From the NCBI GenBank assembly GCA_964016885.1, contig OZ024743.1:55118001-55182000 (forward strand): a stretch of 64,000 nucleotides of DNA. Reading direction: 5' to 3'. Within the stretch, counting starts at the first letter, position 1; every line of letters begins with the position of its first letter. Of this stretch, positions 27,491 to 43,769 are shown in pieces. The notes beneath the pieces were generated by a model. It saw only the letters and a list, made by a program, of their open reading frames with translations, searched no databases and was not told the origin of the DNA. The translations under genes and the position numbers were made by a program. This DNA is from Eledone cirrhosa. Its lineage: Eukaryota.

Positions 27491-27661
27491 GCTCTGAGGA
27501 TCCTACCAAACGGTATGGATGAAACATCGTAAGGAAATAAAAACTGTTTGAGTATGTTTCTGTATGTCTCTTGTGTTGAAAAGGAGGTCATGTATGTAAA
27601 TAATCATTGAAAAATTGCTCCGAAGACTTCAAACCTCGGTTTGGAAGAAACAATTGTAAGC
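27491..27661 (+). ncRNA. Two adjacent hammerhead motifs at the end of a putative PLE terminal region
   Basis: GCT-CTGAGGA-TCCTACCAAACGGTATGGAT-GAAAC-ATC-GTA (27491-27533) and GCT-CCGAAGA-CTTCAAACCTCGGTTTGGAA-GAAAC-AATT-GTA-AGC (27617-27661), each followed by AATAAA. Confidence 0.6.
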
Positions 27662-27714
27662 TAATAAATGGTTTAAACAGAACTTTGATTCATGTAATTT
27701 CTATAATTTCTATA

Positions 27715-27779
<65 letters not shown>

Positions 27780-28268
27780 CCTCGCTCACATCCGTACGAC
27801 TAAGATGTGTCTTTACCTTCTCGTCCAAATTCGCCCGTTCTTATGGTCGAAATGAATTATTGACTTGATTTGTTCATCTTTTCCTCTCTTTACGTTGCTT
27901 CCCCATTCGTGTTTGTTTACATGTCTCTCTTTCTCCACCCAACTCCTTTTATCCCAATAACTTACTTTAGTTATTGTATCGCCCTAGCTGGAGGTATATT
28001 GGCTGTAATTCGAAGAAATACCTATGATGGCTAGTAGACAACTGATGATGGATATTCCTAACTTCTATTTCTAATTCTTCATTTATTATATATATATATA
28101 TATGTATATATATATAAATGAAATATAGAAATTATTGTGAGCAAGAAGCCAACAATATTTCATAATATATAAGTGACTATAACGTCAAAATGGAAAATAA
28201 TTAACGTAAGATATGGGAAAATAATTCAAACTCAATTAAAAAGAATATATATATATATTATATATTAC

Positions 28269-28309
<41 letters not shown>

Positions 28310-28310
28310 T

Positions 28311-28351
<41 letters not shown>

Positions 28352-28353
28352 GG

Positions 28354-28388
<35 letters not shown>

Positions 28389-28399
28389 ATATATATATA

Positions 28400-28568
<169 letters not shown>

Positions 28569-28619
28569 GTATATATATATATATATACATATATGTGTGT
28601 GTATATATATATGTATGTA

Positions 28620-28762
28620 TAACAAAGAAAGTGTGGTAAGAGACCAGGTCGACCATAACGCAACCGAGTACTCGATGCTTAGGGTGTAGTACAGTGGGTA
28701 AAACTGGTGACTTAGTTCGGATCTAGCTGTGGAAACGGCCGGAGCTCAGCCATCGGGGTCAT
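28620..28762. mobile_element. Diverged family H1 element
   Basis: GACCATAACGCA...GTACTCGA and GGATCTAGCTGTGGAAACGGCCGGAGCTCAGCCATCGGGGTC. Confidence 0.7.
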
Positions 28763-28764
28763 GA

Positions 28765-28829
<65 letters not shown>

Positions 28830-29003
28830 AATAATTACAACAGTGACATAAACAGGTACTTAAGTTTCGTTGGCTTCTGGAGCCCAACTCATTCAGTCTG
28901 TCATAAGAAGAATAGAAATAAAGATCTTGTAACTATTTATATCAAACTCGTCCTATGGACTGAGTGCTGATACCCTTGGATATTTCTTGGACTTTTACTA
29001 CAG

Positions 29004-29181
<178 letters not shown>

Positions 29182-29464
29182 TGTGTGTGTGTATGCATCT
29201 AAGCATAAATAGATACATAGACGTTAGTGGAATATACATAAATATGCGTGTGTATATACGTATGTATGTATGAATGCATGGAGGTATGTACGTATGTCAG
29301 AGGGTAAATGTGATACCAAAAGGCTTGACTTGTTTAAAGGGACCAGCTGTATATTTGACATATATATGTTGACATTAACATATCAGATATACACACAGAA
29401 TGTAAGCAATATGAACATAAACACTCACTAACATAAACACACATATACATTCAAGCACTATATA

Positions 29465-29572
<108 letters not shown>

Positions 29573-29642
29573 AATATATATATATATGTGCGTGTGTGTG
29601 CGTGTGTGCATGTGTAAATATATCTATATCTATATCTAACTA

Positions 29643-29780
<138 letters not shown>

Positions 29781-29861
29781 GATAAGCAGAACAAGTAAAA
29801 TTCAATCAACTTTTTAAAATACATTAAAAAATATAATATAAATATTTACCTTTTCTAATGG

Positions 29862-29940
29862 CCCTTACTGATCAGTTTCGCTTTGTAAAACCTCATAAAT
29901 CCGATGGATTTCTGATGGAAAACCAAAGCTCATCAGAGAA
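29862..29940 (-). ncRNA. Type I hammerhead motif in a (TA)n-flanked PLE-like terminus (29777-30205)
   Basis: Minus strand: TTCT-CTGATGA-GCTTTG...CAAAGC-GAAAC-TGATCA-GTA-AGGG; palindromic stem III. Confidence 0.75.
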
Positions 29941-30200
29941 GCATTTTCCTTTCCTAGGGCTAAACGTCCCAGGAACGATAAAATATATGACCTCCTGCCA
30001 GCTAATACAGATCTGAAAGGTCGTAAAAGTGACCCGTATGTAAACTGGACCGAAGTAAAAGCGGGAAAACCATAGACTTATTGTCTACAATTACTACTAA
30101 AAAAAATAGCCGCTAAATAGAACAACAGATTTGTTCTCAACATAACGGAGATTAATGAATGAAGTTAATATGTCCAAGGATACTAGGTACCCCTAGAAAT

Positions 30201-30293
<93 letters not shown>

Positions 30294-32501
30294 ATAGGTG
30301 CAAGTTAATTGTGTCCAGTGATCGCTCCTCAAGCTGATCGACAGTGAAACATATGTAATACGTAATTAAATATGTATATGCAGCAACACTGATTCTTTGT
30401 TCGCTTATATATATATATATATAATTTTAACCCTTCTGTTGAGAACTCTATTCGATTTGTGATGTTTTTGCATTCTTGCAATAATATACACAACTGAATT
30501 CATTCGCCTGATATAGGGGTTGCCTCCCTTGCCGATCCCCACATGGGGTCAGCAATAGCCAGTCCTTGTATTAACATTGAACTAAAACCTGTTGAGAAAG
30601 TGGCTTCCTTGTTCAATCATCTTACCAGAAGCCTAACATTATTTATGTAAACGGACAGTACTTGATTTAGGAGCCGCAGAAACCCAAATGCTGGATTTTA
30701 CAAACCTTCCAGGGGTCCGGGTAAATTTTCAATCCCAGATATTTTTTATTTGTTTGACCCAAATTACTTGATCGTTTTTTTGGCTATGCGGATGATTATT
30801 TAACCATCGTCTCAGTGTGTTTTGGCCTTTAACGTTTGTTGTAGCTCTGGTTCATCTGAATCATTGAGCACTTGCCACACATCTCGGAGGTTGTTTTTCG
30901 TTATTTCGTGGGCCGAAATGCGATTCTCGATAATTTATATTTATATATATATATATTTATATATATATAGAGAGAGAGGGAGAGAGAGGGGGAGGGGTTG
31001 GTAACTTTATAAGAGCAGATGCCGTTGTTGTAGTTGGAAGAGACAGAGGGAGGATACGGCTTGACAATGATAAGTGCATACTTGTCTATCATGTGAGTAA
31101 CATTTCTTTAGAGTTGGTTTACCAGATATATTTGTTTGTGTGTTGGTGTGTGTGTATGTGTTAGTGCCTGAGTTTGTGCATGCATATGTGAGTGTTTGTT
31201 TAATCGCTTATGTATATCAGAGCATATGTATGTTGTGTTTGTGTATGTGTGTGTTGTATCTGCGTGTGTGTATGCGTGATTGTTTGATGTTTGGCATAAT
31301 ACAGATGTATGAGGTGTACTCTAGTACAGGCAGTACAGGGTATATTTGAGTGTAGAATGAACAGCTGTTCAAGGATGAAATAATTTCGGTCTATGAAAAG
31401 GGAGGAAAAACTAACCTTTGTGATGCAGTTGAAGCTACGTGAAATATGTGTGGTCCCCTTCAGAGTCTGCCAGATATAAATAGGGTCTTTGGGTAGGGGC
31501 AGTGGGAATGTGTTTACAGGGTATTGTTCAGAAGTAGGGGCGGGACTATATCATAGATTATATTGGAAGGAAACCGAAGTTTCACATTCTCATAAACAGA
31601 GGTTTTGGAGTTCACTAGTCATGAACGTTGTGCATACTTGGCATATGGTGTTGAAGATCCATGTAAATGATACTTTTATGAGAAATAAATGGAGAATGTG
31701 GGGTGGTGATATGTATAATAATGTCTGTAATATAAGAAGTGAGAAATGCGAATATGGTGCTTATAACTTATGAGATTGTGAAGGTGTTCGGTTCACGATC
31801 AAAAGGTCACGAGTTATGCTTTGTGTCCTTGAACAAGTTACTTGCTTTCATATTGTTCTAGTCTATTTAACAAGAAAAATGAGTTGCACCTTCACAAAGT
31901 GACAGCCTTGAAAGAGACTGTCTATATAACTTATGACACAGTGAAGGTATGTGGCTTAGTGGTTACTGTGTTTGTTAGATGATGAATTCAATATCCTGAC
32001 CGAACGACCCGATTTGTCCTTGACCAACACAATTGTTTTCATCTTTTCTAGTCTACTCAGCTAGCAAATTTTGTTGTGCCTATAATTTAAATGTCAGCCT
32101 TGTCACACTATTCCAAACTTAATTTTCCAAAGAACTACTTTAAGGGTACGCGTGTCTATGGAAACCTCAACATGTTAGGGTTTTGAGCTCACAAATGTAA
32201 GGTCGTGCGTTCGATTCCCAGACCGAGGAGCGCATCTTGTCCTTGAGAAAAGTACTTTATTTCGTATTACACCAGTCCACTCTGTTGGAAAAATGAATTG
32301 CGCCGTCATTGCTGCGAAGTAGTATCGGGCTTTGCCTTTCCCTTGGCCAACATCGGGGTCGTGGAGAGGGAAGATTCTCATGTGAGGGCGACTGCTGGCA
32401 TTTCACATAGTTTCGTCTTGGTGAGTAACTTTCCTGGTACAATCCTAGGTTCGGTCAAAGCCGAAGGGGAGGTCTCTAATATTAGGTGAATGTTCTATAT
32501 A

Positions 32502-32670
32502 CCGTATTTCCAGGCGCCGAAGACGTTTTGTCCTCAAGACGCACCCTCATTTTGACAAACAAAAATTACAAAAACAATAATAAACAACCTTCGGGCTCCA
32601 GGATGCCTGGTAGATTTTTGAGATTTATTTTAAGTAAAAAAAGTAGCGTCTTCGACACCGGGAAATACGG
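32502..32670. mobile_element. MITE with ~24-bp TIRs and TA TSD
   Basis: TA|CCGTATTTCCAGGCGCCGAAGACG ... CGTCTTCGACACCGGGAAATACGG|TA. Confidence 0.8.
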
Positions 32671-32719
32671 TAATTTACGACACTTCAGTCTTTCCCAATT
32701 AAAATTCTCTCTCAGGCAA

Positions 32720-33210
32720 TAACCTAGCATCAGCATCAGCAACACCATTACGTCAACACCAACCACCACCACCATTACCAACACACCACCACCACGACCC
32801 TCATAACTAATAGCATCAGCACCATCAACACCATCACGTCAACACCAACCACCACCACCCTCATAACTAATAGCATCAGCACCATCAACACCATTACGTC
32901 AACACCAACCACCACCACCATCACCACCCTCATAACTAATAGCATCAGCACCATCAACACCATTACGTCAACACCGACCACCACCACCTTCACCACCCTC
33001 ATAACTAATAGCATCAGCACCATCAACACCATTACGTCAACACCGACCACCACCACCTTCACCACCCTCATAACTAATAGCATCAGCACCATCAACACCA
33101 TTACGTCAACACCAACCACCACCACCATTACCACCACCACTACCACCACTATCACCACGACCCTCATAACTAATAGCATCAGCACCATCAACACCATTAC
33201 GTCACCACCA
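32720..33210. repeat. Minisatellite, ~60-69-bp unit
   Basis: CCCTCATAACTAATAGCATCAGCACCATCAACACCATTACGTCAACACC repeated about 6-7 times. Confidence 0.9.
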
Positions 33211-33349
33211 CCATAGCTAACAGCATCAGCACCATTACACCCCACAGCCACCACCAAGCCCGCTACTACAATTATTTCCCCACTACCATTATTTCATTAC
33301 CCACTCAATGCCATCACAGTCATCACTACCGTATCCACCGTCAAAACCA

Positions 33350-34090
33350 GTACCAGCACCATCACCTTCACCATAGCTACCACTGTCGCAACCCCCTCCT
33401 ACAACCAACATCACCCCTCCATCTATAACCAGCACCATCACCACCATCACCACCACAGTTGCAGCCCCCTCCTACAACCAACATCACCCCTCCACCTACA
33501 ACCAGCACCATCACTACCATCACCACCACAGTCGCAACCCCCTCTTACAACCAACATCACCCCTCCACCTATAACCAGCACCATCACCACCATCACCACC
33601 ACTGTCGCAACCCCCTCCTACAACCAACATCACCCCTCCACCTACAACCAGCACCATCACCACCATCACCACCACAGTCGCAACCCCCTCTTACAACCAA
33701 CATCACCCCTCCACCTATAACCACCACCATCACCAGCATCACCACCACTGTCGCAACCCCCTCCTACAACCAACATCACCCCTCCACCTATAACCAGCAC
33801 CATCACCACCATAGCCACCACAGTCGCAACCCCCTCTTACAACCAACATCACCCCTCCACCTATAACCACCACCATCACCAGCATCACCACCACTGTCGC
33901 AACCCCCTCCTACAACCAACATCACCCCTCCACCTATAACCAGCACCATCACCACCATCACCACCACTGTCGCAACCCCCTCCTACAACCAACATCACCC
34001 CTCCACCTATAACCAGCACCATCACCACCATCACCACCACTGTCGCAACCCCCTTCTACAACCAACATCACCCCTCCACCTATAACCAGG
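33350..34090. repeat. Minisatellite, 73-bp unit x10, followed by a degenerate (CAC)n array to ~34880
   Basis: GTCGCAACCCCCTC recurs every 73 bp (33384, 33457, 33530 ... 34041). Confidence 0.9.
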
Positions 34091-35370
34091 ACCATCACAA
34101 ACACCACCACAAACACCATCACTACGACCATCACCACCACCACAACCACAAATTCCACCACCACCATCATCACCGCCATCACCATCAACACTACCACTAA
34201 CACCACGATCAACACCACCACCACCAATGTCATCATCACCACAACCACCACCACTAACACCAGCATCATCACCACCACCATCACCGCCACCACCATCAAC
34301 ACCACCACTAACACCACCATCATCATCACCCCCGCCACCACCAACGCCATCGTCACCACAATCACCACCACCTTCACCACTAAAACCTCCACCACCACTA
34401 CAAACACCTCCACTACCAACACCTCCACCACCAGCACTATCACCATCAACACCACGACCACCTCCACCACCACCATTAACACCACCATCACCACAAACAC
34501 CACTACCACCACAACATCACCACCACCACCACCACCACCACAAACACCACAAAAACCTCCACCACCACTACAAACACCTCCACTACCACCACCTCCACCA
34601 CCACCACTAACACCACCATCACCACCAAAACCTCCACCACCACCACTAACACCACCATCACCACAAACACCACTACCACAACATCACCACCACCACCACA
34701 AACACCACAAAAACCTCCACCACCACTACAAACACCTCCACTACCATCACCTCCACTACCACCACTATCACCACCAACACCATAACCACCACCACTAACA
34801 CCACCATCACCACCAACACCGCCACCACCGTCATCAAACCCATTAACATCATTACACCCCATTACACCTCCAACGCCATGGCCAACGCTTCGTCTTTGTG
34901 GAATGAAAAATGTATCGGGGCATATTTTATAGACGACGTGTGGTTTCGTAGCATTCGTTAATAAATGACAAAGAACAGCTTGGTGATATTTTATTAAAGT
35001 TACTACTGATGAAGGCTGCTTGTTGTATGAAACCCGTCAAAGGTTACAACCTCCTCTTTTCTACCAGACACACAGCGAGACATTAACGAGACAGAAAGTA
35101 CGATCGACACGACTAATAAATCGATTAGAGTTAATATTAATTACGAGTTCCCCACCATACACATATACACATATACATATATATATATATGTGTATGTGT
35201 GTGTGTGTATACATACATTCATGTGCACAAACATATACATACTTTCAAACATATACAGAATATACATTGTCAATGAGTGTATGTGCATATATATAGTGTA
35301 TTTTTATATATATATATATGTATGTGTATGTATATATATATATATATATGATGTGTGTTTGCGTATATGC

Positions 35371-35411
<41 letters not shown>

Positions 35412-35725
35412 AGTGTGTGTGTGTGTGTGTTTGTGTCTGTGTGTATGTATACATATTTACACACATACACCAAGGATAGACGTCTATGGAAACATACACA
35501 AGGCATACATGCAAAAATATATATAACCCTATGCAGGTACATACGTACATGTATATAACTGAAATGACTAGAGACATGGTACATATATATAAAACACACG
35601 CACACATACACACACACACACATACATACACGCACACATACACACACACATACATACACGCACATGTATGCACACATATTCTTATCCCCAAGGAAGTTTA
35701 GAAACATGGAAATATATATACACAT

Positions 35726-36773
35726 CTTAGTCTTAGTCTTAGATTCTTCCGCGTCGTTCAGCACATCGAGCAGTAAGTACTCGCCAACGGTCACGATCAG
35801 CGGCAACTTTATCGAGACCGTGCCAGGTGATGTTGGCTGCCATCAGGTCCTTCCCGAACGTCCGTCGCCAGGTGATCCTTGGGCAACCCCGCCTCCGTTT
35901 ACCGCCAGGCGGAGTCCAGTTCATCGCTGTTTTCGAATGCCGTTCATATTGACAGCCAGACGGCACCGACGCTCCATGACCACTCTCTGTAGCGTCCACG
36001 ACTCGGCTCTCCGGAGGATCTCGTTTCGCACTCGGTCGCACCAGGACACACGAAGGATCTTTCGCAGGCACCGCTGGTGGAAAGCGTTCAGCCGTCTCTC
36101 TATTTTTGCCGTACTCTTCCAGGTCTCGCTCGCATAAAGCACTGTCGGCAGCACGATGCTCTTGTACAGGCGGAGCTTGGTCTTGGTGCTAATGCATGAA
36201 TACGACCAGACTGGGCACAGCCGCTGGAAAACTGCGGCTCCTTTACCGATCCGACAGTTGATGTCGAGCTCCGCGTCACCGCTGCTTGTCAGGATGCTGC
36301 CTAGATAGGTGAAGTGATCGACTTCCTCGAAGTCCTGTTGGTTGACTCTGATCACTGGACCTGTGTTGCTGGCCGTTCTCATGACCTTGTTCTTTTTGGT
36401 GTTGATTCTCAGGCCGATCTTTTCCGCACTCTCTTGTAGGGATGTTGTTAGGGCCTGCAGATCTGCACTGTTTTCAGCGATCAAAGCGATGTCGTCGGCG
36501 AATGCCAGGTCCCTCAGCCTCGACTGCCCTCTCCATGGGATTCCTCGACCATGTCTTTCATCCATTCGCCTTAGTACGAAATCGGCTGCCAGCAGGAACA
36601 ACAGTGGAGAGAAAATGAAACCTTGTCTGACTCCGGAGTCAATGTCATAGAATTCCGTCACACCAGAGTCAGTCCGCACGCAGCAGCTGCAGTTTTCATA
36701 CAGGGCCTTGAAAATGGCGATGAATCTTGCAGGAATGCTGTACAGTTGCGCAACATTCCACAGCGACTCCCGG
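35726..36773 (-). mobile_element. 5'-truncated, GC-rich RTE-clade LINE (RT C-terminal half)
   Basis: GVRQG.IFSPLLF, LAFADDIAL, FTYLGS, LYASETW, HQRCLRKIL; (CTAAGA)n tail; 9-bp TSD TATACACAT at 35717-35725 and 36774-36782. Confidence 0.93.
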
Positions 36774-37007
36774 TATACACATACACCCACACATATATAT
36801 ACCTACGTACATGCATGTATACATAAGTACGTAATAGTAGGTCCATTTATGTTGCCATCTCTTGGAAAACTGTTGATTTTGTGTATGATATACCTTTTTG
36901 AAAATGTGGTGATCGCGCGCGTCTATCTGAGGGGGAAAAAAACCTGTTTCTGTACGTGTGCACGTGCGTATGCGTGTCAGTGTACGAAGCTAAAAGGGTA
37001 TGTGTAT

Positions 37008-37048
<41 letters not shown>

Positions 37049-37387
37049 CACAAACTAATATTGTCAATGTGAAATTGAATCAACTAAGGAGCCTTGAGAT
37101 CTGCCTGACATAACAACCATATCTTCCTCAAATCCCACTGTATCGTGTTAGAAAAAAAAATGTGAAATTAAATCAACGAAGGAGCCTTGAAATCTGCTTG
37201 ATATAACAACCAAATATTCCTCAAATCTCATTGTACCGTGTTAGAAAAGAACATGTCGGTTGAGTTGAACTTGGGTTTTCTCCACGCAAAAAAATTGGGA
37301 TGCACACTGCTTGATGCCTTTGATTAAATTTCTGCTTGATGGAATCTGTCCTGGGGTTAAATAATAATATGCATGATATTTCTCAAA

Positions 37388-37553
<166 letters not shown>

Positions 37554-38329
37554 TACGTGAAAACTTATCCATCCATAGAAACGCAGGAATATATATAAAC
37601 ATACTGAAACATTTACATAGACACACATACACAACGAAAGACCATCAGATGTAGTTTCACACATATGCACACAAATATACCCAGAAACATGCATAGATAT
37701 ACATGCGTGCGTGTGTGTGTGTGGGGGGGGGGGGGCTGGATCACAGTCGTTTCCGACAACAACAATGTTCTTTGATCGAACAAAGGAACAGCTTACTTGT
37801 GAAATAAACATGCATGTGTGTGTGAGCATTTCACAACCACGTGTACTCTTAACGTAGTTCTCAGAAGTAGTCTCGGGTCCCAAATGATAGGAGTGGTGGA
37901 ATAAGAGGAGGTGGGGTTGGAATCTGATTATTTTAGGTTGTATCCGTTTATCTTTTTTTAAAAACCAGAATTAGTTGCTTAGTTTACATATTGATACTCC
38001 AACCCATCCTATTTATTTTAAAACGTATGTGGTTTTTAGTAATGTACATTCTTCTCATGTATGATGTGTTTTTTTTATGTCTAAAGAAATTTAATTGTCG
38101 CAGGAACGCTACCACATAAAATAAAATTTCGCCGGAGATAGATTAGCAAAAATGAATTAGCGGGTGGGGATTATTCGAGACCCGAGAGTACAAGTACAAA
38201 TATTTTGTGGCAGTCGAGGTGAGTAGATCAGCGTGAAATATAGCGTTTCGATCAAGGACAGAACGCGCAGTGCAGTCGGGAATCGAACTGAGGACCATCC
38301 TAACCACTAAGCTACGGGCCTTCATAAGC

Positions 38330-39660
38330 ACATATACACACATACGCACTCACATGTCTATATACATAGGCAGTGAAATAAACAGACATGCAGGTGTGTA
38401 TCCACTACATACTGTATCTCTCTTCTGCACACACACACACAAACACGCACACACACACACACACACACGCACACATACATACACACATGTTAATGCAAAC
38501 ATATATGCACACATATTTACATATATACAGATTCACGCACACTACTCACCTACAGTCGCAATCACACACACGCGATTCCATGCATGTTTACATACTTACG
38601 TACACCCAAGCAATTACACATACACAGAAACTTATACACACACATACACACACAGAAACGTTTATTCACTCAAACACAAATATATACACACATGCCCACG
38701 CATACTTATAAACATATGCCTGTACATGCCAACATATTTACACATCACCTCCTTCAATGATAAGCACTCACACATTATATGTCCATAAACGCACATGTAA
38801 ATAGAAGCACACAAGCGTGCACATACACACACACACACACGCAGACATATATACACACACTCACACGCAAACATATATACACACACCCACACGCAAACAT
38901 ATATACAATTTCACGCAGATAAATACACACAGAAACACATAAAAGCGCACGCATACACATAGACGAACAATTTCATAGATAAACACACACAAATGCAAAT
39001 ATAAGTACACACACACACACACACACAAATAATAACGCACATAATCACGCATGCACAAAAACGGAACCATTAACATACATACATCCATTTAACACACATA
39101 CATATACGCACACATACACATACACACCATTAACATACGCACACACAAACACAAATACAAGCGCACTTACACACTCGTAAACACACAATCACACAAACAT
39201 ACAAACATATATAAACACCCCCCACACAACTATGCATACATATACACACACATACACATCCATTAATACACACACACACACACACTCAGAAGTGCGTTCG
39301 TATACATACCGACAAAAATACGAGCCCCCACCCATACACACACACACATACATACATATGTGCATACACAACCATTAACACGCTTACATACAAACATATA
39401 CGCACATATTAACAAACCTTCCAAACACACTTACACACACACATCCGTACAGATACCAATTATCACACATACACACGTTCATACATACACGGCAATTAAC
39501 ATATACATGCATACATCACACATGCATACGTACACACTCGCAGACAAATCACCAATACAAGCAAACCGCGCATTAACATGCACACACACAGACATACTAT
39601 TACATACGTACTTAACCACACACAGGCTGACAAAGACAGACCCATAGAGACACAGACATA
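38330..39660. repeat. Degenerate (CA)-rich low-complexity tract
   Basis: Direct inspection. Confidence 0.85.
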
Positions 39661-40300
39661 CAGCGGAACTCACGTAGCTCACTTCAATTAGTAAATTTTA
39701 TCATAACAGACAACCTCTAAGTTTTAGCTCATTAAATTATTCTCGCTAGACAAATTTATTTATCTGCCAGCGAGAGAAATCAATACATTTGTTCAACTTT
39801 GCTAACACTTCGGTAGATGAAGAGGAAGATTTAGAGGCTAACAAATTTGTTTTTATAATTAAAGCTAGAAATGTTTTGTAGCCTGGTCGTCTGTGGCAGC
39901 ACAAGCAACAGATAAATCAAGAGGCAATAAAACTATGTATGATATTGCTTTTACATATTTCCTTACAAGTTTCCGCTGATAACGTTTTCTAATTCAGGCA
40001 CAAGGCCTGCAATTTATAGGAGTGGGGAGTCGATTAAATTTACCCTAGTACCTGACTGCTCCTCTATTTTATCGACCCTGGAAGGATGAAAGGCAAAGTT
40101 GGCTTTGGTGAGATTTGAACTGCGAACGTAAAGTGTCGGAATGACTCCCTCCCGGCTTTGACATCCTGCTGATAGGGAGAGACAGTGGGGGTTTGGTTCC
40201 ATTGTCTTTGGACCTAATGCATATATATATATATTTATTTTTCCACACCACATATACATACCCATATATATAAGAAGCAAAGAAAATTTCAAAGATACTA

Positions 40301-42122
<1,822 letters not shown>

Positions 42123-43201
42123 TTGTTGCATTGTGGTCGATTTAATCGACTTTCCCCTCTTTGTCATTCCACTGTTCTGGACTGGTATTTTATTTTATTT
42201 TATTTATAAACACGTGTATCATTAAGATAGTTGTCAGGGAAATTCAACGATAGACAGGATGTGACAATGTTGGTCATTTGAATAATTGTTACTACTTTTA
42301 GCACAAGGCCATCAATTTTTTATTTTTTCGTAAGGATGAAAGGCAAAGATAACCTCGGCGGGATTTGAACCCATTTAAATAATTGTCTCTACATTTGGCA
42401 CAAGGTCAGCAATTTGGGGGCGGGGAAAGTCGATTAAATCGACCACAATGCAACACTGGTACTTTCTTTTATCGACTCCGTAAGGATGAAAGGCTAAGCT
42501 AACCTCGGCCATATTTGAACTCATTTAAATAATAGATACAACTCATATTTGCTAGTTGTGTGAACCAACCTGACATAAAGTGTCTTGTTCAAGAACAAAA
42601 CGAGCCGCCCGTTGAGATTGAGCGTGATACAGTGTATGACAAGGTTGGCCCTTTAAATGTCAGGTACGACTATTTTTTACTACCTGGGAATCAGACTAGC
42701 AACGTTACGTTGAGTCGAACGCTCTAACCACTAAGCTAAGCACCTTCACGAAAAGAATAATAGAGTGAGAGGATTAATGAAGATTAAGACAAAGAGGCGG
42801 TATGACAGACCCCGAGAGATTAAAATATTTAGAAGATAGGGAAGTTATTTGTACAATATGGAAATGTAGTAGTGATGGTTCTGAAAATGAATTGTGAGTT
42901 ATTGAGACAGAAATATATCAGGACTGGGCAATATTTACTGTTTGTACAACAGGGAATTAACACGTTCCTTACAACGTAGATAGTGTATGTATGTGTGAAA
43001 GAAACAAGGAGAGAGAAAAAGGGGATATAGTGAGTCAGTATTTAATGTTGAATGTCCCTTGTACAATGAGAGAAAAATATATAATAGTGATAAATACAAG
43101 ACTACAAAAAAGAAACAAATTGAATGTAGATAATACACACGTGTAATTGAAGTGTATTTTTACACATACACACCCTCCACATCTCCATATATGTATGTAT
43201 G

Positions 43202-43235
<34 letters not shown>

Positions 43236-43236
43236 T

Positions 43237-43268
<32 letters not shown>

Positions 43269-43370
43269 CGGAGATTGTTTTTCATTATTTCGTGGGCCGA
43301 AATGCGAATCTCGATAATTTATGTTTGTATATATATATATATCAGACTGTCTGCCCATATATGACTATAT

Positions 43371-43463
43371 CCCCTGAGGAGACCAGCTAGGTTCCTGCCG
43401 TCCGAATACTGGCGCTTCAGTTCGGATCTAGCTGTTGAAACGGCCTGAGCTCAGTCGTCAGGG
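43371..43463 (+). ncRNA. Complete hammerhead motif of family H1
   Basis: CCC-CTGAGGA-GACCAGCTAG...CTAGCTGTT-GAAAC-GGCCTGAGCTCAGTC-GTC-AGGG. Confidence 0.7.
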
Positions 43464-43471
43464 TCCTGAAT

Positions 43472-43524
<53 letters not shown>

Positions 43525-43525
<1 letters not shown>

Positions 43526-43712
43526 CGAGGGAAAAGTGGTAAGGAACCAGGTGGACCATAACGCACCAAAGTACTCAATACTTAGGGTAGTAGAGTGGGT
43601 AATAGGAGTAAGTAAGACCCCGACGGCTGAGCTCAAGCCGTTTCGACGGCTAATTCTGTACAGAATTAGCCGTCGAAACGGCTTGAGCTCAGCCGTCGGG
43701 GTCTTACTTACT

Positions 43713-43717
<5 letters not shown>
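43525..43717. mobile_element. Family H1 hairpin element with a perfect 116-bp palindrome (43602-43717)
   Basis: Axis TGT|ACA at 43659/43660; (TA)n on both sides. Confidence 0.88.

Positions 43718-43769
<52 letters not shown>

Noticed and set aside
31310-31770. Possible decayed Neptune-like GIY-YIG region (HISRSFNCIT, EQLFIL on the minus strand)
   Set aside because: Too degenerate to support without an alignment
33350-34090. Regularly spaced repeats as a possible CRISPR array
   Set aside because: Whole units repeat with no unique spacers; eukaryotic context; no cas genes
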